Below are positions 27,048 through 35,593 of a stretch of 64,000 nucleotides of DNA, piece after piece. The DNA is from Verrucomicrobiia bacterium (GTDB lineage: Bacteria; Verrucomicrobiota; Verrucomicrobiia; Palsa-1439): contig JBEKBH010000007.1 of assembly GCA_050015495.1 (NCBI GenBank), positions 43,061 through 107,060 of the forward strand. The letters run 5' to 3'. The notes below the pieces were generated by a model that was given only the letters and a program-made list of their open reading frames with translations, made no database searches and was not told the DNA's origin. Numbering within the stretch: the stretch's first letter is position 1; every line of letters starts with the position of its first letter. A program made the translations under genes and the position numbers.

Positions 27048-27944
27048 GTGGAGCAACTGATCGATGCTTTTCTCGATCATCTGACCGTCGAGCGCGGACT
27101 CGCGTCCAACACGCGCGCCGCCTATCGCGCTGATCTTGCCCAGTTTGCCGATTTCCTCCATCGCCGCGGCGTCGAACATCTGAACGACGCCCAGCGCCAA
27201 CTCATCACGGAGTATTTGCTGCACCGGCGCAAAGGCGGCCTGAGCCCACGGAGTCTTTCCCGCCACCTCGCCGCGATCCGCACGTTTTGCCGGTTCCTTT
27301 CCCGCGAAAAGCTTCTCGTTGCCGATCCCACACAGACGATCAATTCGCCCAAGCTGTGGCGCACCCTTCCCCACTCGCTCGATTACGAAGAGGTCGGGCG
27401 GCTGCTGGCCGCGCCCGACACGCGCACCAAGCTCGGTGTGCGCGACAAGGCGATGCTGGAATTCATGTACGCCACGGGATTGCGCGTCAGCGAAGTTACC
27501 CACATCAAGCTCAGCGACATCAATTTCGAGGCCGGCTTCCTGCGTTCGCTTGGCAAAGGCAGCAAGGAACGCATCGTCCCCATCGGGAAACAAGCCATTG
27601 ACTGGACGCAGCGTTATCTCCACGAAGCGCGCGGATCGTTTGCCGGGGCCGACAGTATCGGCGAAGTGTTTCTCTCGACTCGCGGCCGGCCGCTCAGCCG
27701 AAAAACCATCTGGGTGCTCATCAAAAAATATGCGCGCCGGGCCGGCATCTCGAAAAACATCACGCCGCACACGTTGCGGCATAGCTTTGCCACCCACCTC
27801 CTCGACAACGGCGGCGACCTGCGCGTCATCCAAGAAATGCTCGGCCACGCCGACATCTCGACCACGCAAATCTACACGCACGTCGACCAGCAGCGCCTGA
27901 AAGAGACACACTACCGTTTCCATCCCCGTTCGGGGCGACGGTAA
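27048..27944 (+). CDS. xerD: Site-specific tyrosine recombinase XerD
   Basis: AAGGAGG RBS; YATGLRVSE, GKGSKERIVP, PHTLRHSFATHLL, MLGHADISTTQIYTHV. Confidence 0.93.
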   Translation: MEQLIDAFLDHLTVERGLASNTRAAYRADLAQFADFLHRRGVEHLNDAQRQLITEYLLHRRKGGLSPRSLSRHLAAIRTFCRFLSREKLLVADPTQTINSPKLWRTLPHSLDYEEVGRLLAAPDTRTKLGVRDKAMLEFMYATGLRVSEVTHIKLSDINFEAGFLRSLGKGSKERIVPIGKQAIDWTQRYLHEARGSFAGADSIGEVFLSTRGRPLSRKTIWVLIKKYARRAGISKNITPHTLRHSFATHLLDNGGDLRVIQEMLGHADISTTQIYTHVDQQRLKETHYRFHPRSGRR

Positions 27945-28082
27945 AATCGCCCAAAATTAACGCTCGATTTTTGGAAAGCCGTTCGGTAGGCTTGCTGTCG
28001 CAGCAGTTGGATTTTGCGCCCTGAACAGCAAGGTGGTTCGGGGCGGCAACATCCCCCTGCACGCGAAGGCGACGCGGCAATC

Positions 28083-28802
28083 ATGCATTCTCAAAAGTTG
28101 CAGAAGATTATCGGCCACGAGTTCAAGGATTACGAGCTGCTCGTGGAGGCTCTCACCCATCCGTCCATTGCGCACGAGCGCGGGAGCGAGTGCAACCATC
28201 ACAACCAGCGGCTGGAATTCCTCGGCGACGCGGTCTTGCAACTCGTGCTCACCGACCGCATCTACAAGCTCTACCCGGACCTGCCCGAGGGCAAGCTCAC
28301 GCAAATCCGCGCCCATCTGGCCAATCGCCACACGCTGTTTCAGCGCGCCCAAGCCATCGATCTGGGCAGCCACCTGATGCTCGGCAAGGGTGAGGAAGCC
28401 AGCGGCGGTCGCGAGCGGCTGTCCAACCTGGCGGACGCCTACGAGGCCCTGCTCGGTGCGATCTATCTCGACGGCGGGCTGCGCGCCGCCCGTAAATTTA
28501 TCTTCGCGCAGTTTGCCGAGGAGTTTTTGAATATCAAGCAAACGACCCCGCGCCAGAACCCCAAAGGCCGATTGCAGGAATTACTTCAGGCCCATTCCTC
28601 GAATGGTCCCATTTACCGCGTCGTCCACGAATCGGGGCCGGACCACAGCAAGTATTTCGAGGTCGCCGTGGAATGGGAGGGGCGCGAGATCGGTCGGGGA
28701 AATGGTTCCAGCAAGAAGCAGGCGGAAACGGTCGCTGCGGAAGCAGCCTTGGCGGCGTTGCCGGAGATCATGGCGGGTACCAATGCGCCCGCGCTCCCCT
28801 GA
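28083..28802 (+). CDS. rnc: Ribonuclease III
   Basis: NQRLEFLGDAVL signature, ADAYEALLGAIYLDGG, dsRBD (NPKGRLQE..GSSKKQAE). Confidence 0.96.
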   Translation: MHSQKLQKIIGHEFKDYELLVEALTHPSIAHERGSECNHHNQRLEFLGDAVLQLVLTDRIYKLYPDLPEGKLTQIRAHLANRHTLFQRAQAIDLGSHLMLGKGEEASGGRERLSNLADAYEALLGAIYLDGGLRAARKFIFAQFAEEFLNIKQTTPRQNPKGRLQELLQAHSSNGPIYRVVHESGPDHSKYFEVAVEWEGREIGRGNGSSKKQAETVAAEAALAALPEIMAGTNAPALP

Positions 28803-28804
28803 AC

Positions 28805-29182
28805 CTACGGCCGCGGCGGTTGAGCCGACGATGCCGTCGGCGCGACCTGCAGGCCATGCTTCGCGAGCAGCCCCATCAACTCCGGCTTCCCGGAGCTGTA
28901 CTGAACCAACGCCTTGACCAGAGAATCCACGGAATGTTCATTGGCTTCCAATCGCGCGATCTGACGTTCGTGAAGAGCCATCCCCGCAACAAGGTTGCGG
29001 TTTTGCTTGTAGACAAACGCCGTTAACGCCAGGCTCACAACCAGCAGCCCAATCCCCAACCCGCAGACCAGGTTGCGCAATTGATCGATCGCCGTCGCGA
29101 CATCGATCCGCGCTTCAACCGCAGGCGTCGCCCTCAAGCTGGTTTCGGTCGATTGGCTCTCCATCTCCTCACGTGTGCTCAT
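28805..29182 (-). CDS. Small single-TM hypothetical protein
   Basis: TM LVCGLGIGLLVVSLALTAFVY + coiled coil; start estimated. Confidence 0.6.
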   Translation of the reverse strand: MSTREEMESQSTETSLRATPAVEARIDVATAIDQLRNLVCGLGIGLLVVSLALTAFVYKQNRNLVAGMALHERQIARLEANEHSVDSLVKALVQYSSGKPELMGLLAKHGLQVAPTASSAQPPRP

Positions 29183-29192
29183 CGAATTCCTC

Positions 29193-29516
29193 TCATGGTT
29201 GCGCGGGCTTGCGGGCCGCCGCAGCCGCCGATGCGTTGGCTGCCTGGGTTTGTGCCTGGGCTTGCCTGAATATCTGTGTGATCTGCGGGTCTGTATTGGC
29301 CCGCACGGCGAAGTCCTGAAGAAGTCCCTGGATGGCTTGCCCTCGCAGCTCCAGTTGCTGAACCTGCATGTCGGCACGCATGGCGTCGCGGTAAACCTCC
29401 ACGTAGTGCATCACGACGTAAATATTGAATATCACCGAGATCCCCAGCACGATGCTCCCGTACTGGACCGCCGTCTGAAAAGTTTTCTCTTTCACTTGCG
29501 CTCCTCTCCCGCCCAT
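29193..29516 (-). CDS. Small single-TM hypothetical protein, probable paralogue of the downstream gene
   Basis: TM YGSIVLGISVIFNIYVV + coiled coil; start uncertain (possibly GTG about 29495). Confidence 0.55.
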   Translation of the reverse strand: MGGRGAQVKEKTFQTAVQYGSIVLGISVIFNIYVVMHYVEVYRDAMRADMQVQQLELRGQAIQGLLQDFAVRANTDPQITQIFRQAQAQTQAANASAAAAARKPAQP

Positions 29517-29926
29517 CGCTCCAACAATTCAAACAATTCGGACACGTTAAACGGCTTCTCCATAAACGCTGCCGCCCCCTCCCGCATCATCTCCTCCCGC
29601 GTCACGCCCAACGACCGGTACTCCCCGGACATCAGCAACACCCGCTTGGCCGACTTGGCCCCGAGGATCGCCTTCATCGCGTCCACTCCGTTCATCCGCG
29701 GCATCGAGATATCCATCACCACCACGTCCGGCTGCAATTCCTTGGCCAGCGAAACGGCTTCCATCCCGTCCCTGGCCTTGCCAACGATTTCATGGCCGGC
29801 GTACGCGATCGTGTCGGCCACCACGTCGCACACCGTAGGTTGGTCGTCCACCACCAGCACACGCAACTTGTTGCCGTCGGCTGACACCCCTGTTTCCTCC
29901 CGTGAAGCTCCCGTATCTATTCCCAT
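29492..29926 (-). CDS. Stand-alone CheY-like response regulator
   Basis: VLVVDDQP, VMDISMPRMNG, MSG, EKPF. Confidence 0.88.
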   Translation of the reverse strand: MGIDTGASREETGVSADGNKLRVLVVDDQPTVCDVVADTIAYAGHEIVGKARDGMEAVSLAKELQPDVVVMDISMPRMNGVDAMKAILGAKSAKRVLLMSGEYRSLGVTREEMMREGAAAFMEKPFNVSELFELLERWAGEERK

Positions 29927-30105
29927 AGGTCCTTTTCGCGGGCGCAATCTACCGATTCGCCACGCGCATTGCAAGCCCGCGATTCTGCCTTCGGCCCCCA
30001 ATGTTGTCCACAAGAATACTTGACACCCCGCACCCCATGCTTGCCAACCATCGCCCCTTGTTCTATCCTCCGACCGCGTGGTTCGTTCACCCGCGGGAGG
30101 TCAAT

Positions 30106-31311
30106 ATGAAGATCCTGATCGCCGACAAGTTTTCCGAGAACCACCTCGATCGCCTCAAGAAACTCGGCTGCGATGTCACCTACAACGCCTCCGCCAAGGC
30201 CGAAGACCTTCCCAAGCTGGTCGGTTCCAGCAAAATCCTCGTCGTCCGCAGCAAACAGGTCAACGCCGACACCATCCAGGCCGGCGATCAACTCGCCGTC
30301 ATCCTCCGCGCCGGCGCGGGCGTCAACACCATCGACGTCAAAGCCGCCAGCGCCCGCGGCGTGTACGTCACGAATTGCCCCGGCAAAAATTCCGTGGCCG
30401 TCGCCGAACTCGCGTTTGCCCTCCTGCTGGCCATCGACCGCCGCGTCCCCGACAACGTCGCCGCCCTTCGTGCCCATAAATGGAACAAGAAAGAATTCAG
30501 CAAAGCCGACGGCATCCACGGCAAGACGCTCGGCGTCATCGGCATCGGCCAGGTCGGCCGCGAGGTCGTCAAACGCGCCCATGCCTTCGGCCTCCGCGTC
30601 ATGGCTTGGTCGCGCTCGCTCAACCTGCCCAAGGCCCGCGAACTCAACGTCGAGTATTGCCCTGATCTCGACACCATTTTCCGCCGCGCCGACATCATTT
30701 CCCTGCACGTCGCGCTCAAGCCCGACACGAAAAAGCTCGTCAGCGCCGACCGCATCGCGATGATGAAACCCAACGCCATCCTCATCAACACCGCCCGCGG
30801 CGAGGTCGTCGACCAGACCGCCCTGCGCGCCGCGCTCGAAGCGAAACGGATTCGGGCCGGCCTCGATGTCTTCGATCCCGAACCCGCCGAAGCCACCGCC
30901 GAGTTCTCCGACCCGATTCTCGACCTGCCGAACCTCTACGGCACGCACCACATCGGCGCGTCCACCGAACAGGCCCAGGACGCCATCGCCGAGGAAGCCC
31001 TGCGAGTCATCGAGACCTACCTCAAAACCGGCGTCGTGCTCAACTGCGTGAACCTCGCCACGCGCACCCCCGCCAAATGGCAACTCATCGTCCGCCATTA
31101 CGACCGCGTCGGCGTGCTCGCCTTCGTCATGGACCAGATCCGCCGCGCCAATACCAACATCGAGGAAGTCCAGAACATCATCTTCGACGGCGCCACCGCC
31201 GCCTGTTGCCGTATCCAACTCGACATCGAACCCGGGGCAAAACTTCTCGCCGCCATCAAGGACGGCAACCCCGACATCATCAGCGTCGAATCCCTGCGCA
31301 TCGGGGAGTGA
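30106..31311 (+). CDS. serA: D-3-phosphoglycerate dehydrogenase-like D-2-hydroxyacid dehydrogenase with ACT-like C-terminus
   Basis: GGAGG RBS; RAGAGVNTID, GVIGIGQVG, INTARGEVVD, HHIGASTEQAQ. Confidence 0.8.
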   Translation: MKILIADKFSENHLDRLKKLGCDVTYNASAKAEDLPKLVGSSKILVVRSKQVNADTIQAGDQLAVILRAGAGVNTIDVKAASARGVYVTNCPGKNSVAVAELAFALLLAIDRRVPDNVAALRAHKWNKKEFSKADGIHGKTLGVIGIGQVGREVVKRAHAFGLRVMAWSRSLNLPKARELNVEYCPDLDTIFRRADIISLHVALKPDTKKLVSADRIAMMKPNAILINTARGEVVDQTALRAALEAKRIRAGLDVFDPEPAEATAEFSDPILDLPNLYGTHHIGASTEQAQDAIAEEALRVIETYLKTGVVLNCVNLATRTPAKWQLIVRHYDRVGVLAFVMDQIRRANTNIEEVQNIIFDGATAACCRIQLDIEPGAKLLAAIKDGNPDIISVESLRIGE

Positions 31312-31319
31312 CCCCACCG

Positions 31320-31344
31320 TTGTAGCCGCGAATCTCATTCGCGG
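31320..31344 (+). repeat. GTAG-type REP hairpin TTGTAGCCGCGAATCTCATTCGCGG
   Basis: 8-bp stem/3-nt loop. Confidence 0.8.
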
Positions 31345-31350
31345 AGCATT

Positions 31351-31375
31351 GGAGGGCGAGCCTCCCGGCGAGCCG
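31351..31375 (-). repeat. REP-like copy identical to 20938-20962
   Basis: GGAGGGCGAGCCTCCCGGCGAGCCG on the plus strand. Confidence 0.88.
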
Positions 31376-31456
31376 AAATTCTGCGTCAAATGACCCACAA
31401 AACACCCTTCAGCCTGCGTCCAGCGCCGCCCATCGCGCCCTGCACCACCCCCCAAT

Positions 31457-31530
31457 TTGGGTTCGTTTTTGGCTTTGTTTTGGTAACTTTTCCACGCCGG
31501 CTTGATTAGAAATGGGTTCGTTTCGCAAAA
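31457..31530 (-). repeat. Two direct AAACGAACCCA motifs about 55 nt apart
   Basis: TGGGTTCGTTT at about 31458 and about 31513 on the plus strand; same motif as at 21057. Confidence 0.75.
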
Positions 31531-31554
31531 ACACCCTTTTTTGTGAAGTCCCCT

Positions 31555-31580
31555 TTGTAGCCACGGCACTGCGTGCCGTG
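31555..31580 (+). repeat. GTAG-type REP hairpin TTGTAGCCACGGCACTGCGTGCCGTG
   Basis: Same tag and stem/loop geometry, different stem sequence. Confidence 0.75.
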
Positions 31581-31610
31581 CTTCGTGCCCTTCGTGGTTC
31601 AATCCCCTTC

Positions 31611-31695
31611 CCCTCATATCAAACAACCCAAGCCGCCCCGACTATACCCTGTCGCATACCACTTGTCCATCAAATTCCGATGACAGGTCAAAAAA
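31611..31695 (-). promoter_or_regulatory. Dispersed element Y, copy 2, with TGGACA-N17-TATAGT
   Basis: TGTCCA at 31664-31669 and ACTATA at 31641-31646 on the plus strand. Confidence 0.82.
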
Positions 31696-31744
31696 CGTCC
31701 CACGCCGTCTCCGCTGCAGCCGCGGGCGCTGAACACAGCCCCGC

Positions 31745-32025
31745 CTCTCCCACCCGAATTGTAGGCCTTGTCCGCCTCAGGCGGATTGCCAGCCTCCGGC
31801 GGGGCAACCGACCCGGTCGCCGTCGTGGTCGCCCCTCCGTCTCTCCGAATTGTAGGGCCGCCAAGCCCGCAGGGGTTCGCGCCGAACCACTGCCCTCGTC
31901 GCAATCCCCGCCCTGAGCTTGCCGAATGGGTCGAACGGGTTCCTCCCCTGCCTGCTCCGAGCGGAGTCGAAGAGCCCGCTTTGTGCGCGACATCGCCAGC
32001 GCAGCCTCCTGACTCCTGAATTCTG
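31745..32025. repeat. Cluster of additional palindromic/REP-like motifs (CCGAATTGTAGG x2, CCCTGAGCTTGCCGAATGGG, CTCCTGA heptamers)
   Basis: Read directly in a roughly 550-nt non-coding stretch. Confidence 0.6.
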
Positions 32026-32253
32026 TTCCCCCTCTGTCTGCCGTAGCGTATCCGGCTGATGGCCTACGTCTTTGAGGTTGGTTCTTGAGCGGATGGCTCG
32101 AACGAAGATAGCAATGCCGAAGATTTCTTGGAGCGACGGCAAAGGCTCAGAATCGGCTTGTCGGCATTGTCAACGGTGATACTGTAAGCGCTCGTCCGAC
32201 TGAATGGTCGGCAATAGTGCGGGGCGTAGGCCATATGGGAACTGTCGGCTAAG

Positions 32254-33759
32254 ATGGAATCCCAAACCAAGGCACGAAGTTTTACGTCGGAACTTTTCCG
32301 CTTCCGTCGACAGTGGATTGTGGGTGCGGGTGTAACCACAGTGAACCCAGCATGGCAGAGCCTGGATCTGTCGAGCGGACACACGTTAACTTACCATCCA
32401 GACGTGAGGATCTCTGCCCGTCGGGAGGGCAACAGGCAAATTGTGGTCCTGGGCGTTGCGACACACACGGCAGCAAGTCAAACACCACCTTTGTCAGTCA
32501 TTGACAAACTGGACCGCGAGTCGATTGTTCGGTGGCTTCTTCGCTTGGCCGGTCGGTATGTCGTACTTTTCTCGGAAGGTGAGAATCTGTATCTTTACAC
32601 GGACCCGGCAGGGATGATGGGGATTTTTCATACGTGCGCCAAAGCGGCCTCTACCCCAAGTCTCCTCCTTCGAGGAGAGGATCAAGAGATTGCCGATACT
32701 GGCATCCGCCGGGAACTTGAAGAAAACTTCTTTCCTGGGACGATGTGCGCGCATAGCGGCGTGGACGCTCTGATGGCCAACCACGAACTCCACCTGAATA
32801 GTGGCGTTACGCGGCGCTTTTGGTCACCGTCCCCCGGCCCGAGAGGCGACAAACCACCGATTGACGAAATGTGCGACTTACTACAGCGAATCGTAGATGG
32901 ATTTCGCTCATCGGGTCAATTGTTGGTCTCTTTGAGTGGTGGAAGAGATAGTCGTGTCATCTTGGCGGCAGTACGAGCGTTCGCTGCCGAGGTGCGATTC
33001 TTCACGATTCAGAAGCCTCATTCCAACAACAGGGATGCAAGATACAGCAGACAACTTGCTGTCACCTTCCAATTGAACCACGAGGTCCTACGGTCACTGT
33101 CGCCGCCCCAATGGGTAACATCAGCTTATGACGAGATCGGAAGCGGAATGCTACGCGCCCGGTCGCGCCCCGAGCTTGATGGGCTTCGGAAAATCAACAC
33201 CTCAGGTTGTGTTCATGTCGGGGGAGTCGGTGGCGAAGTGCTCAGGGCCCACCTATGGCCATCCCAACGACCCAAAAGAGCGGACACCATGAAGCTGACC
33301 CGCCAAGCGTTTTCCTGCGCGCCACCTTCTGTCCTCGATGCGGTCGGCCAATGGCGGAGAAGCCTGCCCCTCGACACGTCGCCTCCCACGGTGTTTGACT
33401 TATTCGAATTCGAACAGCGGAGCGGTCGCTCCGCCGGGATTGTTGAGGCGTGCTCGAGCCTCTTCCACGAAACCGCACCGCCCTTCAATAGCCGCGAACT
33501 CTTCGAGTTGATACAGTGCGTCCCATTGGAAATGAGATATGCGGGCAAGTTGAATGCCGCCCTCATCCGAACCATGTGGCCACAGCTATTGGAGGTGCCC
33601 CTTACCCAACGCGGGAGGCCCTGGTGGAAATCGTTGCCAAAGCCGGTGAAGGCTGCCGTGAAGAGATTACGCTGGTTCTCTGTTCGAAGTCGTCCATCAG
33701 GCTCCCCGTTCATTCATTATCGCAACGAACGACGTATTGCGTCCGGGGTCAGACACTGA
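32254..33759 (+). CDS. Asparagine-synthase-related (PP-loop) protein, orphan cargo gene
   Basis: SLSGGRDSRVIL PP-loop, GGVGGEVLR, PPFNSRELFE; N-terminal GATase-like remnant without an N-terminal Cys; appears lower in GC than its flanks. Confidence 0.72.
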   Translation: MESQTKARSFTSELFRFRRQWIVGAGVTTVNPAWQSLDLSSGHTLTYHPDVRISARREGNRQIVVLGVATHTAASQTPPLSVIDKLDRESIVRWLLRLAGRYVVLFSEGENLYLYTDPAGMMGIFHTCAKAASTPSLLLRGEDQEIADTGIRRELEENFFPGTMCAHSGVDALMANHELHLNSGVTRRFWSPSPGPRGDKPPIDEMCDLLQRIVDGFRSSGQLLVSLSGGRDSRVILAAVRAFAAEVRFFTIQKPHSNNRDARYSRQLAVTFQLNHEVLRSLSPPQWVTSAYDEIGSGMLRARSRPELDGLRKINTSGCVHVGGVGGEVLRAHLWPSQRPKRADTMKLTRQAFSCAPPSVLDAVGQWRRSLPLDTSPPTVFDLFEFEQRSGRSAGIVEACSSLFHETAPPFNSRELFELIQCVPLEMRYAGKLNAALIRTMWPQLLEVPLTQRGRPWWKSLPKPVKAAVKRLRWFSVRSRPSGSPFIHYRNERRIASGVRH

Positions 33760-33775
33760 CTCTTGGCATTATTTC

Positions 33776-33883
33776 CCCGCGCTCGCGCTTTGCCTACACT
33801 CCCCACGCGATACATTGTAGTACAATGTATTGTGCGTCAGCCCAACGCCTCCTACTACCAGATATTCAGATATTAGCGATTCC
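33776..33883 (-). repeat. Dispersed element X, copy 2 (core palindrome CGATACATTGTA-G-TACAATGTATTG at 33808-33832)
   Basis: Inverted homologue of 19828-19927 with a compensatory change in the palindrome. Confidence 0.88.
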
Positions 33884-33916
33884 GCTCCGTCCTCTGTCTT
33901 CGGGCGTCCGTCCTCC

Positions 33917-34309
33917 TCACTTCCCCACCATCGGCGACGCCCGGTTCACCAGTTGGACGGCGAACCCCCACGGATCACGCAGCATGGCCAACGCATCCCC
34001 GCTATCGGTCACGGTGATCTCCCCTTCCGCCGTCGCCCCGGCCTGCAACAACCGCGTCCGGGTCGCCCGCACATCATCCACGGCAAACGCCACGTGCAAG
34101 ATGAGTGGGTTCATTTTGGCATACTCCGGCACCGGCGCTTTGGGGTTGCTGTAAATCTCCAGGATCGTCTGCCCGGTCGCGTCCGCCACGAACCGCGCAT
34201 GGTTTGGCGGACCGAAACTCCGCACCGTGCGCATCCCCAGATTGGCCTCGTACCACGCCGCCATCGCGACCGGATCGGCCACGTTGAACGCCACATGTTC
34301 GAGTTTCAT
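33917..34309 (-). CDS. VOC/glyoxalase-family protein
   Basis: MKLEHVAFNV..WYEANLGM..LHVAFAVDDV..MLRDPWGFAVQLV; ATGA overlap with the upstream gene. Confidence 0.88.
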   Translation of the reverse strand: MKLEHVAFNVADPVAMAAWYEANLGMRTVRSFGPPNHARFVADATGQTILEIYSNPKAPVPEYAKMNPLILHVAFAVDDVRATRTRLLQAGATAEGEITVTDSGDALAMLRDPWGFAVQLVNRASPMVGK

Positions 34310-35550
34310 ATTGCCTTGCGCTTCTTCAATTCCTTGTCCAGCGCGCCAAGCTCCGGCGCAATATGGATCGGCGTGCCGGCGGTCTCGATGGCGGCCTTGA
34401 TGTCCTTCAGGCCGTTGCCGGTAATGACGGCGCAAACGCTCTCGGTTTTCTTGACGATCCCATCGGCAATCGCCCGTTTCACGCCCGCCACGCTCGCCGC
34501 GCCGCTCGGTTCGCCAAACACCGCGCTCAACCGCGCCGTCTTGTTCATCGCTTCCATGATCTCGTCGTCCGACACGGCGACGATCTCCCCCTTCGACTCG
34601 CGCAGGGCGTGGACCGCTTTCCGCCAGTTGCGCGGCGTGCCGCAATTGATACTGTCGGCGCGCGTCACGCCATCGACGGTCACGAGGTCCTTGCCCGAGT
34701 GAAACGCGTCGGCCACGGGTTTGCAGCCCGCCGCCTGCACGCCCAGCATCCGCGGCAGTTTCTTGATGAACCCGAGATGAAACATCTCGCGGATCCCCTT
34801 CCACACGCCCGCGATCGTGCACCCGTCCCCGACGCTCAGGCACACCCAGTCCGGCATCATATCGGCGAATTGCTCGGCGATTTCCAGCCCGCATGTCTTC
34901 TTGCCTTCCACGAGATACGAGTTGATCGCGCAATTGCGGTTGTACCAACCGTACGTCGTGCACGCCTCCATGCAAAAATCATACGCCGCGTCATACGTCC
35001 CCTTCACCTTGATGACCGTCGCGCCGAACACGAGCAGTTGCGCGATCTTCGGCTCGGGCGCTTTTTCCGGCACGAAGATGACTGATGGCATCCCCACCGC
35101 GGCGGCAAAACACGCCAGCGACGATGCCGCGTTGCCCGTTGATGCCGCGGCGATGGTCTGGACGCGGTATTCGATGGCCTTCATCACGCCCACCGAGCTG
35201 GCCCGGTCCTTGAATGACGCGCTCGGGTTGCGCCCGTCGTCTTTCACGTACAGGTCGCGCACGCCGACCCATTCGGAGAGCCGGTCGGCGTGGTACACGG
35301 GCGTCCATCCCAATTGCAGCGACGGCAGGGGCAGCGAGAAATCGACCGGGATCAGCTCCTCGTACCGCCAATGCCACTGCGCCCGTTGCGCCAGCGCATG
35401 CCGCGTCAGCGTCTTGGCGACCTTGTCGTAGTCGTACTCGACGTCCAGGATCCCCTCGACGCCGCATTTGTCGCAGGTGTAGCGGTTGTCGGCGGGATAC
35501 GCCGTGCCGCAAATGACGCACCGTAATTGGGAAATGTGTTGGATGGCCAT
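34306..35550 (-). CDS. thrC: Threonine synthase-like PLP enzyme
   Basis: N-terminal CVICG..CDKC, NPSASFKDR, ASTGNAASS, EGKKT, ITGNGLKD. Confidence 0.8.
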   Translation of the reverse strand: MAIQHISQLRCVICGTAYPADNRYTCDKCGVEGILDVEYDYDKVAKTLTRHALAQRAQWHWRYEELIPVDFSLPLPSLQLGWTPVYHADRLSEWVGVRDLYVKDDGRNPSASFKDRASSVGVMKAIEYRVQTIAAASTGNAASSLACFAAAVGMPSVIFVPEKAPEPKIAQLLVFGATVIKVKGTYDAAYDFCMEACTTYGWYNRNCAINSYLVEGKKTCGLEIAEQFADMMPDWVCLSVGDGCTIAGVWKGIREMFHLGFIKKLPRMLGVQAAGCKPVADAFHSGKDLVTVDGVTRADSINCGTPRNWRKAVHALRESKGEIVAVSDDEIMEAMNKTARLSAVFGEPSGAASVAGVKRAIADGIVKKTESVCAVITGNGLKDIKAAIETAGTPIHIAPELGALDKELKKRKAI

Positions 35551-35593
35551 AAACCAGCATGGTATCGTCGCCGCCGCGCAAAATCAACCCGCC

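Noticed and set aside
27048-27944. xerD as the integrase of the X/Y elements or of a 10-kb invertible segment between them
   Set aside because: The sequence and context (next to rnc, host-like GC) are those of housekeeping XerD. I saw no dif-like site at X, Y or the island ends. It cannot be excluded in trans, but there is no supporting evidence.
29917-31626. 569-aa minus-strand ORF and the 126-aa ORF 20884..21264, both starting MFD(I/M) inside element Y
   Set aside because: The long ORF is mostly the antisense shadow of serA. Shared downstream motifs fall in different frames in the two copies, so no conserved peptide exists.
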